Shown here in pieces: positions 12,428-24,800 of a stretch of DNA of 64,000 bases; within the stretch, counting starts at the first letter, position 1; every line of letters begins with the position of its first letter. The position numbers and the translations under genes were made by a program. The stretch comes from Macrostomum lignano (taxonomy: Eukaryota), in NCBI GenBank assembly GCA_002269645.1, contig NIVC01001397.1, positions 1 to 64,000 of the forward strand. The letters run 5' to 3'. The notes under the pieces are model-generated. The model ran no database searches. It was not told where the DNA came from and saw only the letters and a list, made by a program, of their open reading frames with translations.

Positions 12428-12980
12428 CTATCTGCAGTGTGATCTATCTGTACTCTTATCTATCTGCAGTGTGATCTATCTGCAGTGTGATCTATCTGCA
12501 CTCTAATCTATCTTCAGTGTGATCTATCTGCAGTGTGATCTATCTGCAGTGTGATCTATCTGCAGTGTGATCTATCTGCAGTGTGATCTATCTGCAGTGT
12601 GATCTATCTGCAGTGTGATCTATCTGCAGTGTGATCTATCTGTACTCTTATCTATCTGCAGTGTGATCTATCTGCAGTGTGATCTATCTGCACTCTAATC
12701 TATCTTCAGTGTGATCTATCTGCAGTGTGATCTATCTGCAGTGTGATCTATCTGCAGTGTGATCTATCTGCAGTGTGATCTATCTGCAGTGTGATCTATC
12801 TGCAGTGTGATCTATCTGCAGTGTGATCTATCTGTACTCTTATCTATCTGCAGTGTGATCTATCTGTACTCTTATCTATCTGCAGTGTGATCCATCTGCA
12901 GTGTGATCTATCTGCAGTGTGATCTATCTGCACTCTAACCTATCTGCAGTGTGATCTATCTACACTCTAATCTATCTGCA
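12428..12980. repeat. 16-bp tandem repeat (GATCTATCTGCAGTGT), ~34 copies
   Basis: Direct periodicity. Confidence 0.95.
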
Positions 12981-13556
12981 GACTTGTCCAGCTCACGGAT
13001 TTATCCACAGAGTGATGTAAACTTGAATAGATATGCAACTTTCAGCAATAGGAAATGTATCTCAGTACGGAATCAAACCTCTTTTAGTTAACATTTGTTT
13101 GTCAATATCCGATATCTAATAAGGTTAAGAAAGCTTCAGTTTGAAAGGAGCAGTTTCAAACTGGCCTGTTTATGGCCTAAGTAAAAACTTTTTGTTCAAG
13201 CTGGATTTTCCTGCCTACTCTGCCTGGTTTTGACCGACTTTAAGCCGAATGCTCCGTGTGCTCATAAAATCCTCGAGAAAAGCATCAAATTTCTTTTTTT
13301 CATCGCAGCAAAAAATTCTAGATTGGAAGCTCCTCTCCGCGAGAAAAACGTCCAATGCGAGTCTGAAATGCCCGACTGACATCCCAGATTCATTTGGGGA
13401 TGGGGGATTATCGATGCGGGAATTTGCAGTTTTGCGGGATTCGCGTGATTGAGTGGCATTCTGAGGGGGACGGGGCTCGTCCGTGGGGGCAGAGCAAATG
13501 TAAATCTCGGACAGTTCTGGCCAGCTGCAGACTCAATGATAGATCTCAGATCAAGG

Positions 13557-14105
13557 ATTAGCATGGATTGCTAATCTAGCCAAAACCATCCATGATAAAG
13601 GATTATTATGGATTGCTAATCTAGCCAAAACCATCCATGATAAAGGATTAGAATGGATTTCTAATCTAGCCAAAACCATCCATGATGAAGGATTGGCATG
13701 TATTGCTAATCTAGCCAACATCACGGATAGAATGATTAGCATGGATTGCTAATCTAGCCAACATCACAGATAGAATGATTAGCATGGATTGCTAATCTAG
13801 CCAACATCACGGATAGAATGATTAGCATGGATTGCTAATCTAGCCAACATCACAGATAGAATGATTAGCATGGATTGCTAATCTAGCCAACATCACGGAT
13901 AGAATGATTAGCATGGATTGCTAATCTAGCCAACATCACAGATAGAATGATTAGCATGGATTGCTAATCTAGCCAACATCACAGATAGAATGATTAGCAT
14001 GGATTGCTAATCTAGCCAACATCACAGATAGAATGATTAGCATGGATTGCTAATCTAGCCAACATCACGGATAGAATGATTAGCATGGATTGCTAATCTA
14101 GTCTA
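13557..14105 (+). repeat. 43-bp minisatellite with core GGATTGCTAATCTAGC (dispersed family, locus 1)
   Basis: Direct periodicity; the same core occurs at three other loci. Confidence 0.95.
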
Positions 14106-14515
14106 TCTAGGATGTAGTGAGGCTGTTTATATATCTACCTACTGCGGCCCTTCCCGTGCTCATAAGCACCCTCGGGTGTGTCAAAGGCCCTGGTGATTTG
14201 CAATACCTTTCCATATAAGCCCCTGTGCCTTGAGGATGCTCGGGATCAAATTTCAGCAGCCGAGCGGCTGAGCTGATCAGTGCACAGACTGCAGCTGTCA
14301 ATCACTCCGGTTTTTCTGATCAGGGAGGGGCCGAGAAACTTCAAACGAAAACTTTTTCAAAGACGATGGCATGTCTCGATCATTTTTTATAATAAAAAAA
14401 TATTTGGATAGATGACAAAGACTTTAAATTCTATCCAGACTGCGCCTTCGAAACCTTATTTTCGATACATATCGGTCTCCCACAAAATTGTGCTTCAGTA
14501 CTACTGACTGATCTT

Positions 14516-16093
14516 GTCATTGATCCCATCACAATCCTGTCATTGATCCCATCACAATCCTGTCATTGATCCCATCACAATCCTGTCATTGATCCCATCA
14601 CAATCCTGTCATTGATCCTATCACAATCCTGTCATTGATCCTATCACAATCCTGTCATTGATCCCATCACAATCCTGTCATTGATCCTATCACAATCCTG
14701 TCATTGATCCCATCACAATCCTGTCATTGATCCTATCACAATCCTGTCATTGATCCTATCACAATCCTGTCATTGATCCCATCACAATCCTGTCATTGAT
14801 CCCATCACAATCCTGTCATTGATCCCATCACAATCCTGTCATTGATCCCATCACAATCCTATCATTGATCCCATCATAATCCTGTCATTGATCCCATCAC
14901 AATCCTGTCATTGATCCCATCACAATCCTGTCATTGATCCCATCACAATCCTGTCATTGATCCCATCACAATCCTGTCATTGATCCCATCACAATCCTGT
15001 CATTGATCCCATCACAATCCTATCATTGATCCCATCATAATCCTGTCATTGATCCCATCACAATCCTATCATTGATCCCATCATAATCCTGTCATTGATC
15101 CCATCACAATCCTGTCATTGATCCTATCACAATCCTGTCATTGATCCCATCACAATCCTGTCATTGATCCCATCACAATCCTATCATTGATCCCATCATA
15201 ATCCTGTCATTGATCCCATCACAATCCTGTCATTGATCCTATCACAATCCTGTCATTGATCCCATCACAATCCTATCATTGATCCCATCACAATCCTATC
15301 ATTGATCCTATCACAATCCTGTCATTGATCCCATCACAATCCTATCATTGATCCCATCACAATCCTGTCATTGATCCTATCACAATCCTGTCATTGATCC
15401 CATCACAATCCTATCATTGATCCCATCACAATCCTGTCATTGATCCCATCACAATCCTATCATTGATCCCATCACAATCCTATCATTGATCCCATCACAA
15501 TCCTATCATTGATCCTATCACAATCCTGTCATTGATCCCATCACAATCCTATCATTGATCCCATCACAATCCTGTCATTGATCCCATCACAATCCTGTCA
15601 TTGATCCCATCACAATCCTATCATTGATCCCATCACAATCCTATCATTGATCCCATCACAATCCTGTCATTGATCCCATCACAATCCTATCATTGATCCC
15701 ATCACAATCCTGTCATTGATCCCATCACAATCCTGTCATTGATCCCATCACAATCCTGTCATTGATCCCATCACAATCCTGTCATTGATCCCATCACAAT
15801 CCTGTCATTGATCCCATCACAATCCTGTCATTGATCCCATCACAATCCTATCATTGATCCCATCACAATCCTGTCATTGATCCCATCACAATCCTGTCAT
15901 TGATCCCATCACAATCCTGTCATTGATCCATCACAATCCTGTCATTGATCCCATCACAATCCTGTCATTGATCCCATCACAATCCTGTCATTGATCCCAT
16001 CACAATCCTATCATTGATCCCATCACAATCCTATCATTGATCCCATCACAATCCTATCATTGATCCCATCACAATCCTATCATTGATCCCATC
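14516..16093. repeat. 23-bp tandem repeat (ATTGATCCCATCACAATCCTGTC), ~68 copies
   Basis: Direct periodicity. Confidence 0.97.
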
Positions 16094-16514
16094 TGTGATC
16101 CTAACGTCATCAGCGATCCCATTAGTGACTCCAAGACGTACCCTTCACCAAGTCGGAGCATAATTTAGCGTCAAATTTTCAGAATAAAAAATACAGCAAA
16201 AATGAGGGAATTCACAGCGGCCTCCAGTAGACTCCAGGGAACCCATTCTCTCCTCCCCATCTCTCCTTATCGCCCTTGTCGGGACAAGCAAATCGCATTA
16301 GGCCGGTGCCCGCTGGAATTCATGTGAGATCCGGGCCCTCCATCTTTTATTCTGCGGCCTGATGCAAAGTGGATGATTGGGATGAAACAATAATTTGCCC
16401 AATTTTATGATTCAATTTATGGCTAAATGAAATTCTGCAGCAGCCCTGCCAACTAGTAGCGCCATACAGTGCACGTGACTGTACTGTTATAGTGGAGCCG
16501 TCTGCTAGAGTGAC

Positions 16515-16690
16515 CATCCTTCATCAGTGATGTTGGCTAGATTAGCGATCCATTCTATTCCTTCATCCATGTAGGCTAGATTAGCAATCCATTCTGTTCC
16601 TTCATCAGTGATGTTGGCTAGATTAGCAATCCATTTTAATCCTTCATCAGTGATGTTGGCTAGATTAGCAATCCATTATAATCCTTCAAC
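16515..16690 (-). repeat. 39-42-bp minisatellite, GGATTGCTAATCTAGC family (locus 2, inverted)
   Basis: GCTAGATTAGCAATCC repeated on the plus strand. Confidence 0.85.
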
Positions 16691-17224
16691 TCTGACACTG
16701 TTCGGTCCAGAGCTCTGCAAGCCAGTAAAAACAGACTCAGTCCCGAAACTCCGAGTAGTAAGAGCTCCACAGCAGCTCAAAATTTATCACGAGCTCTCAG
16801 CAAAAACAGCTTCATTATTCTAATCACGTTCCGCCTTCTAGTCTCGTGCCACCCCCCTCAGCTGGTCGATCTCAGTATGTCGTGAAAGCTGTCTGATTGC
16901 CAACAGCTTGCCCGGACCCTGGAGCAGCCGCCACCGCCTTCTTTCCCACTCCCCAATGCGCCCCAAGATACTGAGAGTCTCATTCCCATCGTGCTAAGTT
17001 AGTGAAAACTTCATAATCCAGTTTCAGGTGACGATTCCGTTGATACAAGAGCCACCGCTGCACTGCCTGCTAGGCTGAAGCAGGTGTCAATCAAAGTTTT
17101 GCTAAATTTCTAAGCGCGTGTTGAAGTGGACTGAGAACCTCGCCTTTTCTGCTCAAATGGGAAGAAATCCCCCTGCCCCAAACCCATTGGGCAAAGCACC
17201 TGCATCACATTTTACTATTTTCTA

Positions 17225-17795
17225 ATTAGACTTGCAATTCATTCTATTCTTGCATTCAGATGTTGACTAGATTAGCAATCCATTCTAATCCTTCATCTAT
17301 GTAGACTAGATTAGCAATCCATTCTAATCCTTCATCTATGTAGACTAGATTAGCAATCCATTCTAATCCTTCATCCATGTAGGCTAGATTAGCAATCCAT
17401 TCTAATCCTTCATCTATGTAGGCTAGATTAGCAATCCATTCTAATCCTTCATCCATGTAGGCTAGATTAGCAATCCACTCTATTCTTTCATCCATGTAGA
17501 TTAGCAATCCACTCTATTCTTTCATCCATGTAGATTAGCAATCCACTCTATTCTTTCATCCATGTAGATTAGCAATCCACTCTATTCCTTCATCCATGTA
17601 GGCTAGATTAGCAATCCACTCTATTCTTTCATTCATGTAGATTAGCAATCCACTCTATTCTTTCATCCATGTAGATTAGCAATCCACTCTATCCTTCATC
17701 CATGTGGGTTAGATTAGCAATCCATTCTATTCCTTTATTTGCTCAGGCAAGGTTAGTAACCGATTATAGATGTTCGCTAGATTAGCAATCCACTG
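17225..17795 (-). repeat. 34-39-bp minisatellite, GGATTGCTAATCTAGC family (locus 3, inverted)
   Basis: TAGATTAGCAATCCA repeated on the plus strand. Confidence 0.92.
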
Positions 17796-18396
17796 AAGGT
17801 AGATGAATGTACTTTTTTGTCCTTTCCGGCTAAACAAGTAAAACACGAAGGACACTGCGATAAAAAAGAGTTGCTTTGTTAAAATCGTATAGTCTCTTTC
17901 TAAGAAATTTACTTTTTTACGTAAAGGAGAAAAAAGTTAAAAAGCCATTTTAGAAAATGGACTCGCAAAATACAGGGATTTACAAATCCCCACTGCTCGG
18001 CCATTTTCAATCCCCCAGCGAATCCCACTTGAAAATAGTCCACTTTGGTGCGTAGGAGGCTCTCGTCCTCGAGTTAAGAGCCTCGCTGAGGGGGTTTGGC
18101 GAGCAAATGTGAATTGCTGGATTGATTAAAGGGGGACCCAGATAAGGGTGATGGAGCTTCCTCTCTATTTCTACCCTTCTTCCCATTTCCAGCTCAGTAT
18201 GAGCAGTTTCTCGTTATGGAATCAAGTACAAATATAAATTTTTTTGAAAAAATCTCTGTCTCGAGTGGCTCATAAAACAAGCATATATGGATTTCGCTGA
18301 TCCCCCTTTACAACTGCATTATACTAATGAATATATCAGATAGATGTACGAATTACTATAAATCTAATATACTTATGTTGTGAGTCAATTGCTTTT

Positions 18397-18736
18397 CTAG
18401 CTTGGCGCCATTTGATAGGCATCTAGCTTGGCGCCATTTGATAGGCATCTACAATAGCTTGGCGCCATTTGATAGGCATCTACAATAGCTTGGCGCCATT
18501 TGATAGGCATCTACAATAGCTTGGCGCCATTTGATAGGCATCTACAATAGCTTGGCGCCATTTGATAGGCATCTACAATAGCTTGGCGCCATTTGATAGG
18601 CATCTACAATAGCTTGGCGCCATTTGATAGGCATCTACAATAGCTTGGCGCCATTTGATAGGCATCTACAATAGCTTGGCGCCATTTGATAGGCATCTAG
18701 CTTGGCGCCATTTGATAGGCATCTAGCTTGGCGCCA
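18397..18736. repeat. 31-bp tandem repeat (TAGCTTGGCGCCATTTGATAGGCATCTACAA), ~10 copies
   Basis: Direct periodicity. Confidence 0.95.
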
Positions 18737-18832
18737 AAAGCAAAAATAAGCAACTCTGTTGCTAGGGGGCAAGTCTAATTTCGCATTGCTGTCGCATGGT
18801 GTTTAGAACAGCTCAGAAGCTCAGCAGGGGAC

Positions 18833-21800
18833 TCAGTGAGGACTCATATGGAACTCGTTGTCGCTGAGCAGGATCCGCCAGTACACGATGTTCACCGCCA
18901 AAAACGAAGCGGGGAAAATGTAGCGCGATACCCGATCGATTCTGGACTCCGAATTCGGGCCAGTTGGTCGCAGCCTCTCCTTCATCAGCATGTACTTTCG
19001 ATTGCCTTTAAGACAATTCAGAAACATGATGAGGCAGGAGTCCTTGGCGCCAGGCTCGGGGTCCACCGCTCGGGCCTGCCCGATGGCGGGGTCCGGCTGT
19101 AGCAGGCGGCCGTTCACCGCGCGCCGGAACTGCAACTGCGGCTGCTGTGACTCCACCGACTGCTGAGGCACCGCCTGGATCAGCGGGTTCTGGTCCTGGT
19201 CCGATATGTCACCGCCAGCACCAGCCTTAGAGCAGGGGTTTAGTTGAATATTTCTCTGTTGCTCCCAATTTATGGATCCCATCCTATTGATCCTGATCCC
19301 ATCCTATTGATCCTGATCCCATCCTATTGATCCTGATCCCATCCTATCGATCCTGATCCCATCCTATTGATCCTGATCCCATCCTATTGATCCTGATTCC
19401 ATCCTATTGATCCTGATCCCCTTCTATTGATCCTGATCCCATCCTATCGATCCTGATCCGATCCTATCGATCCTGATCCCATCCTATTGATCCTGATCCC
19501 ATCCTATTGATCCTGATTCCATCCTATTGATCCTGATCCCATCCTATCGATCCTGATCCCATTCTATCGATCCTGATCCCATTCTATCGATCCTGATTCC
19601 ATCCTATTGATCCTGATCCCCTTCTATTGATCCTGATCCCATCCTATTGATCCTGATCCCATCCTATTGGTCCTGATCCCATCCTATCGATCCTGATCCC
19701 ATCCTATCGATCCTGATCCCATCCTATCGATCCTGATCCCATCCTATTGATCCTGATTCCATCCTATTGATCCTGATCCCATCCTATTGATCCTGATCCC
19801 ATCCTATTGATCCTGATCCCATTCTATCGATCCTGATTCCATCCTATTGATCCTGATTCCATCCTATTGATCCTGATCCCCTTCTATTAATCCTGATCCC
19901 ATCCTATTGATCCTGATCCCCTTCTATTGATCCTGATCCCATCCTATTGATCCTGATCCCATCCTATAGATCCTGACCACCTTCTATTGATCCTGATCCC
20001 ATTCTATCGATCCTGATCCCCTTCTATTGATCCTGATCCCGTCCAGTCATCCAGTTTCTACTCATCGTATTTGATCGCATTTCATTGAATAATTCTCTGT
20101 GATAAAGAAAGTCAATCTTGAACAGTAAAACGCACTAATCAGGCTACTACCCGAAGCCAGTAGTGCGATATGAAAAAAATCAGAGGAAAAAAACACCCAC
20201 CGGAGGAGGCGGCAAAGCCCGTTTCGGAATCTCCAGGTTGCCGGTCTTGGTGAAGTAGTTCACGCCCGCGTACTCCAGCAGAGCCGAGAACACAAAGAAG
20301 AAGCAGATCAACAGGAAGACGTCCAGAGCGGTGGCGTAGGGCACCTTGGGGATGCCGATGCGACCCGTGAGGGTGATGGTGACGCTCGTTAGCAGTGTGG
20401 TTATGCCTGGGACGGGCCGCGGCGCAATATTGGTTTTTCAGGTTTAACAAACTTGGAAAATTCAATTTGAAAGCGGGAAAAAAGAGAACGATAGAGTGGG
20501 AGACAGTAGAGAAGGGAAACTTTGAGATGGTAGTGAATGGAGACTGAGAGATGGTAGAGAAGGGAGAATATGAGACGGTAGATAAGGGAGAATATGAGAC
20601 GGTAGATAAGGGAGAGTATGAGACGGTAGATAAGGGAGAGTATAAGACGGTAGATAAGGGAGAGTATGAGACGGTAGATAAGGGAGAGTATGAGAGGGTA
20701 GATAAGGGAGAGTATGAGATGGTAGATAAGGGAGAGTATGATACGGTAGATGAGCGAGAGTATGAGACGGTAGATAAGGGAGAGTATAAAACGGTAGATA
20801 AGGGAGAGTATGAGAGGGTAGATAAGGGAGAGTATGAGACGGTAGATAAGGGAGAGTATGATACGGTAGATGAGCGAGAGTATGAGACGGTAGATAAGGG
20901 AGAGTATGAGACGGTAGATAAGGGAGAGTATGAGAGGGTAGATAAGGGAGAGTATGAGATGGTAGATAAGGGAGAGTATGATACGGTAGATGAGCGAGAG
21001 TATGAGAGGGTAGATAAGGGAGAGTATAAAACGGTAGATAAGGGAGAGAATGAAATGGTAGAGAAGGGAGAGTATGAAATGGTAGAGAAGGGGTAGTATG
21101 AGACAGTAGAGAAGGAAGGGTGGGCGATAGTTGAGAGAAGAAAGAAGACAGTGAATGGAAGAGGATATTCTAGTACTGGACAGAGAGGTGAGATCCTTCA
21201 GGAGAAGACTAGAAACCAATAGACGGATTTTGAGCACAGAAGAGACCAGACAGTTAATAAGTTGAGAAGTTCTCACCGAGAGTAACCCTGCCTGGCGTGG
21301 CCTCTCTATTAATCCAAAAGGTGACCCAGGACATACTGACAGTCATGTAGGAGGGCAGGTAGATCTGCAGCAGGTAATAACCGATCATCCGCTCCAAAGG
21401 AATTGTCAGGCTGAGCACGTCCCGAGTTTCTGTAAAGTTTTGTGTACATGATGTTGCAGCTAACTCGTATCTAGGTGTAGTGCAACGACTTCTAGACTTT
21501 TTATTTTTTTTTAATGTAATGAATCCGATATGTAATGCATCCGATATGTAATGCATCCGATATGTAATGTATGCGATATGTAATAATACATGCGATATGT
21601 AATGTATGCGACATGTAATGCATGCGATATGTAATGCATGCGATATGTAATGCATGCGATATGTAATGCATCCGATATGTAATGCATGCGATATGTAATG
21701 CATCCGATATGTATTGCATCCGATATGTAATGCATCCGATATGTAATGCATCCGACATGTAATGCAACCGATATGTAATGCAAATCCGGTATGTAATGCA

Positions 21801-24800
21801 AATCCGGTATCTACCGCTTCCAAGCTTGGACAGTTCGTGCGAGAAAGCCACCCCCTCAGGCCGGAACAAGAACTGAGCCATGGCGGTGACCTCAACGCCA
21901 AGATTCTTGCTAGTAGAGTTGATCACATTGGCCGGGATCTGGTGCAGCGCCGACTTGGACTTGGCCTCTTCCCACCACACGTAGACCAGGTTTTTAGAGT
22001 CGTACGCGTCTGGAATCGTTTTTTATAATGCCTTTTTTTCACGGTTCTCGGTATACTCGTAGTACTGTAAGTAGTGTAATTAGAACTCTGTGAAAATACA
22101 CTCTGTGTTCGGAATTTCTACGGAGTTGGTTCGGTAGGGAACCCTTTGTAAAGGTTTCCTGTGATTCTCTTGTCTAAGGGGTATTGTGACTGTAATTCCT
22201 GTCTGTAACAACCCCTTGTTTGTGACTCTAACAGCTCTGTCTGTAGTACTGTAACAGACCTGTCTGTAACAGTAATTCTGGTTGTAACCCCCTGTCTGCA
22301 ACTGTGATCGTGACTTCAAATAATCAGATTTTTCTGATAAAAACTTATTACCTGATCTTGCTACTGAATATAGTAGATAGTTTGCAATATGCGCCAGTAG
22401 ATAAAGGGAAGCGACGCATTGACTCACAACTGCCAATGAGCAGCGGGCAGGCCTGCTTGTCGACTGGGAATTTTCTGAAGTCCATGAAGCAGACGGCCTT
22501 GATCGTCAGTCTGCAAAGTTTTGCGTTCCGTGAGGGAGGCAGCGGCTGAGAGGTGGTGTTTGGTTTATTAGACACCATCAATCATTTTCAATCGTTCCTT
22601 TTTTACCCCAAGCTTAGCTGTTCGGTTCATTATACGAAGGTGGCGTTAAAAATCACACTGCATGACAATCAAGGCCAAAAGCTGCTATAAATTTATTGTC
22701 AAGAGTTACCCCCCCCCCCCCAGGTCAGATCGGAAGTTAAAAGCATTGCAGAGATCGCAGGGTGAGGCACAGCAAACTGCAAACTGTTTGGTTGAGTTTT
22801 CGTGGGTTCAGTAATCAATCTACTTGGGATATTGAGGCTTCAAGTGAGTTGCAGTGTGTGCTCATGATCTTTCAATTCCTTTGTTGAAACACTGAATTTA
22901 AGAGTTTTTTAAATAATTGTAACAGTCGGATTTTTTAGGATCAGAGTTCTCGTTTTGATTTCATTTTTGTTTTAAAACTGCAACCCTTGTATCTGACTCC
23001 GTGTAAATATCAAGTGTGCTAAAGCCAAGAAAAACTTGCTTAAGTCGAATTTGGTAAGGATTCCTGTAGTTCTCCATTCTCTGGATCAGGGGTTAGGAAA
23101 CTCCGGCCTGTGGGCTACATGCGGCCCGTCAAGCCTTTCTATCCGGCCCTCGGATCCTTTGAATCTTCACAATAGCAATCTGACCCGCCCAAGGTTTGTG
23201 TCTCTTCTCTCCCCTCTCCTCTCTTCTCTCCCTTATCTCCTCTCTGCCCACTCTCCTCTCTCCTCTCTCTCCTCTCTCCCCTTTCTCTTCTTCTCTTCCC
23301 TCTCTTCTCTCTACCCTCTTCCCTTCTTCTCTTCCTTCTCTCCTCTCCTCCCTCTCTCCCTTCTCTCATCTCTTCCCTCTTTTCTCCTCTTGTCTTCTTT
23401 CTTATCTCTTCTCTCTCTCATGTCTCATCTTCTATTCCCTCTCATTTCTTTACTCTCTCATCTGGCCCTTGAGGAAAAATGTTTTGCCAATCCCTGCTCT
23501 TATATTGTGCAGAGAATATTGATGTACATTGTGAAGCCTCAATTTCACGCTTCCTCCTTTCTTTCCTTTCCCCAGCATAAATGTACATACATTCTGCCCT
23601 TAACCTTTCTTGAATCTTGGTAATGTACATCACTGAATGTACATAGTAGTAAAGTCATTCATTTCAACCCTCTCCACCCGATGCCAATAAATAGCAATTA
23701 GCAAGCCTACCGCATAGAGAAGAACACGGTGCCATCCGCCTGAATCCTTAGCAGCTTGTTTGGCGTGGTAATCACGTGCAGCTTGGAGCCCTTGCCATTG
23801 AAAAAGTACGTGTCCGGCCGCCAGATCTTGTCTAGCGTACTAATGCTAACTTTGATTTCGTCCTGGTTGACAAAATCCGCGTCGAACCGGAGCCGATTAT
23901 CCACCCAGGACTGGCGGAAGTAGATTTCCATGGCGTACATCTGGAAGTTATGTATTGATGCGAATCTACCTGCTTAGTATGGCTTAGTCGGTGGTTTCTA
24001 CGGGTCAAGACGATCTTATTTAATCGATTATCAAGCTAAAATTTTTATGGCAGTGGATTAGCTTAGCTGTCAGTCAATACGGCAGAGAGTCGTACAGCAT
24101 AATAAATTACAGTTGCCCGTATCATAAAATGGTTAATACTCAGCGAAAACTAACCCCCATCAATGTAAACCATGTTGCAATGGCATTCGCACATTGAACT
24201 GGCCGTCAAAGTCTCCAGACATGAACTCCATCGAGCATGTCTGGGACAGGCGGTTCTGAATGGATGGCAGCAGCTGCCCTAAAGTTCATCAACCGGCTGG
24301 TGATCAGGATGCCACGCCGACTCGCCGAGTGACCGCACTTTTGTATGCTCGCGGTTCCTACACACGATACTAAAACTAGCCATTAAAGACATTCATTTTT
24401 GTGCCGTGTGACAGCGTGAGTTGGGGGGGGTTAGCTGTTGCTGAGTATAGTATGATAATTTTAAAGTACTTGTATTAATTAATTGACATTGCCGCGGCTT
24501 TCTTAGTCATTTTTTCATTTGATTTGCCTTTGGTCTCTATACTCTGTTTCTCTCCTGTCTCGTGGTCTTGTTATTCTTATCTCTTTCCCTCGCGGCCTTC
24601 TGATTGGCTCTTCAATCTGATCTCTTCCTCAGTCGCGCCCTCCAACCCCTCGTCTGCGTTTTCTCTCCCTCTAGTTCGCTTGTTGTTCTTATCTCTCTCT
24701 CCCTCGCTGCCTTCTGATTGGCTCTTAAACTTGACCTCTTTCCTCAGTCGTGAACTTCACCCCCTCGAATGTTTATTCTGTTTTCCCCCTTTCTGCTAGT

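Noticed and set aside
14190-14295. Possible minus-strand orphan exon (AAVCALISSAARLLKFDPEHPQGTGAYMER, followed by GTATTG)
   Set aside because: No partner exons or homology recognised.
24171-24278. 108-nt exon-like segment (TTTAG...GTTTAC) in a channel intron, ending in codons N-M like the preceding real exon; considered as an Rdl-style mutually exclusive exon
   Set aside because: Start phase is incompatible, there is no similarity to the [17 protein letters not shown] exon, and the donor is weak.
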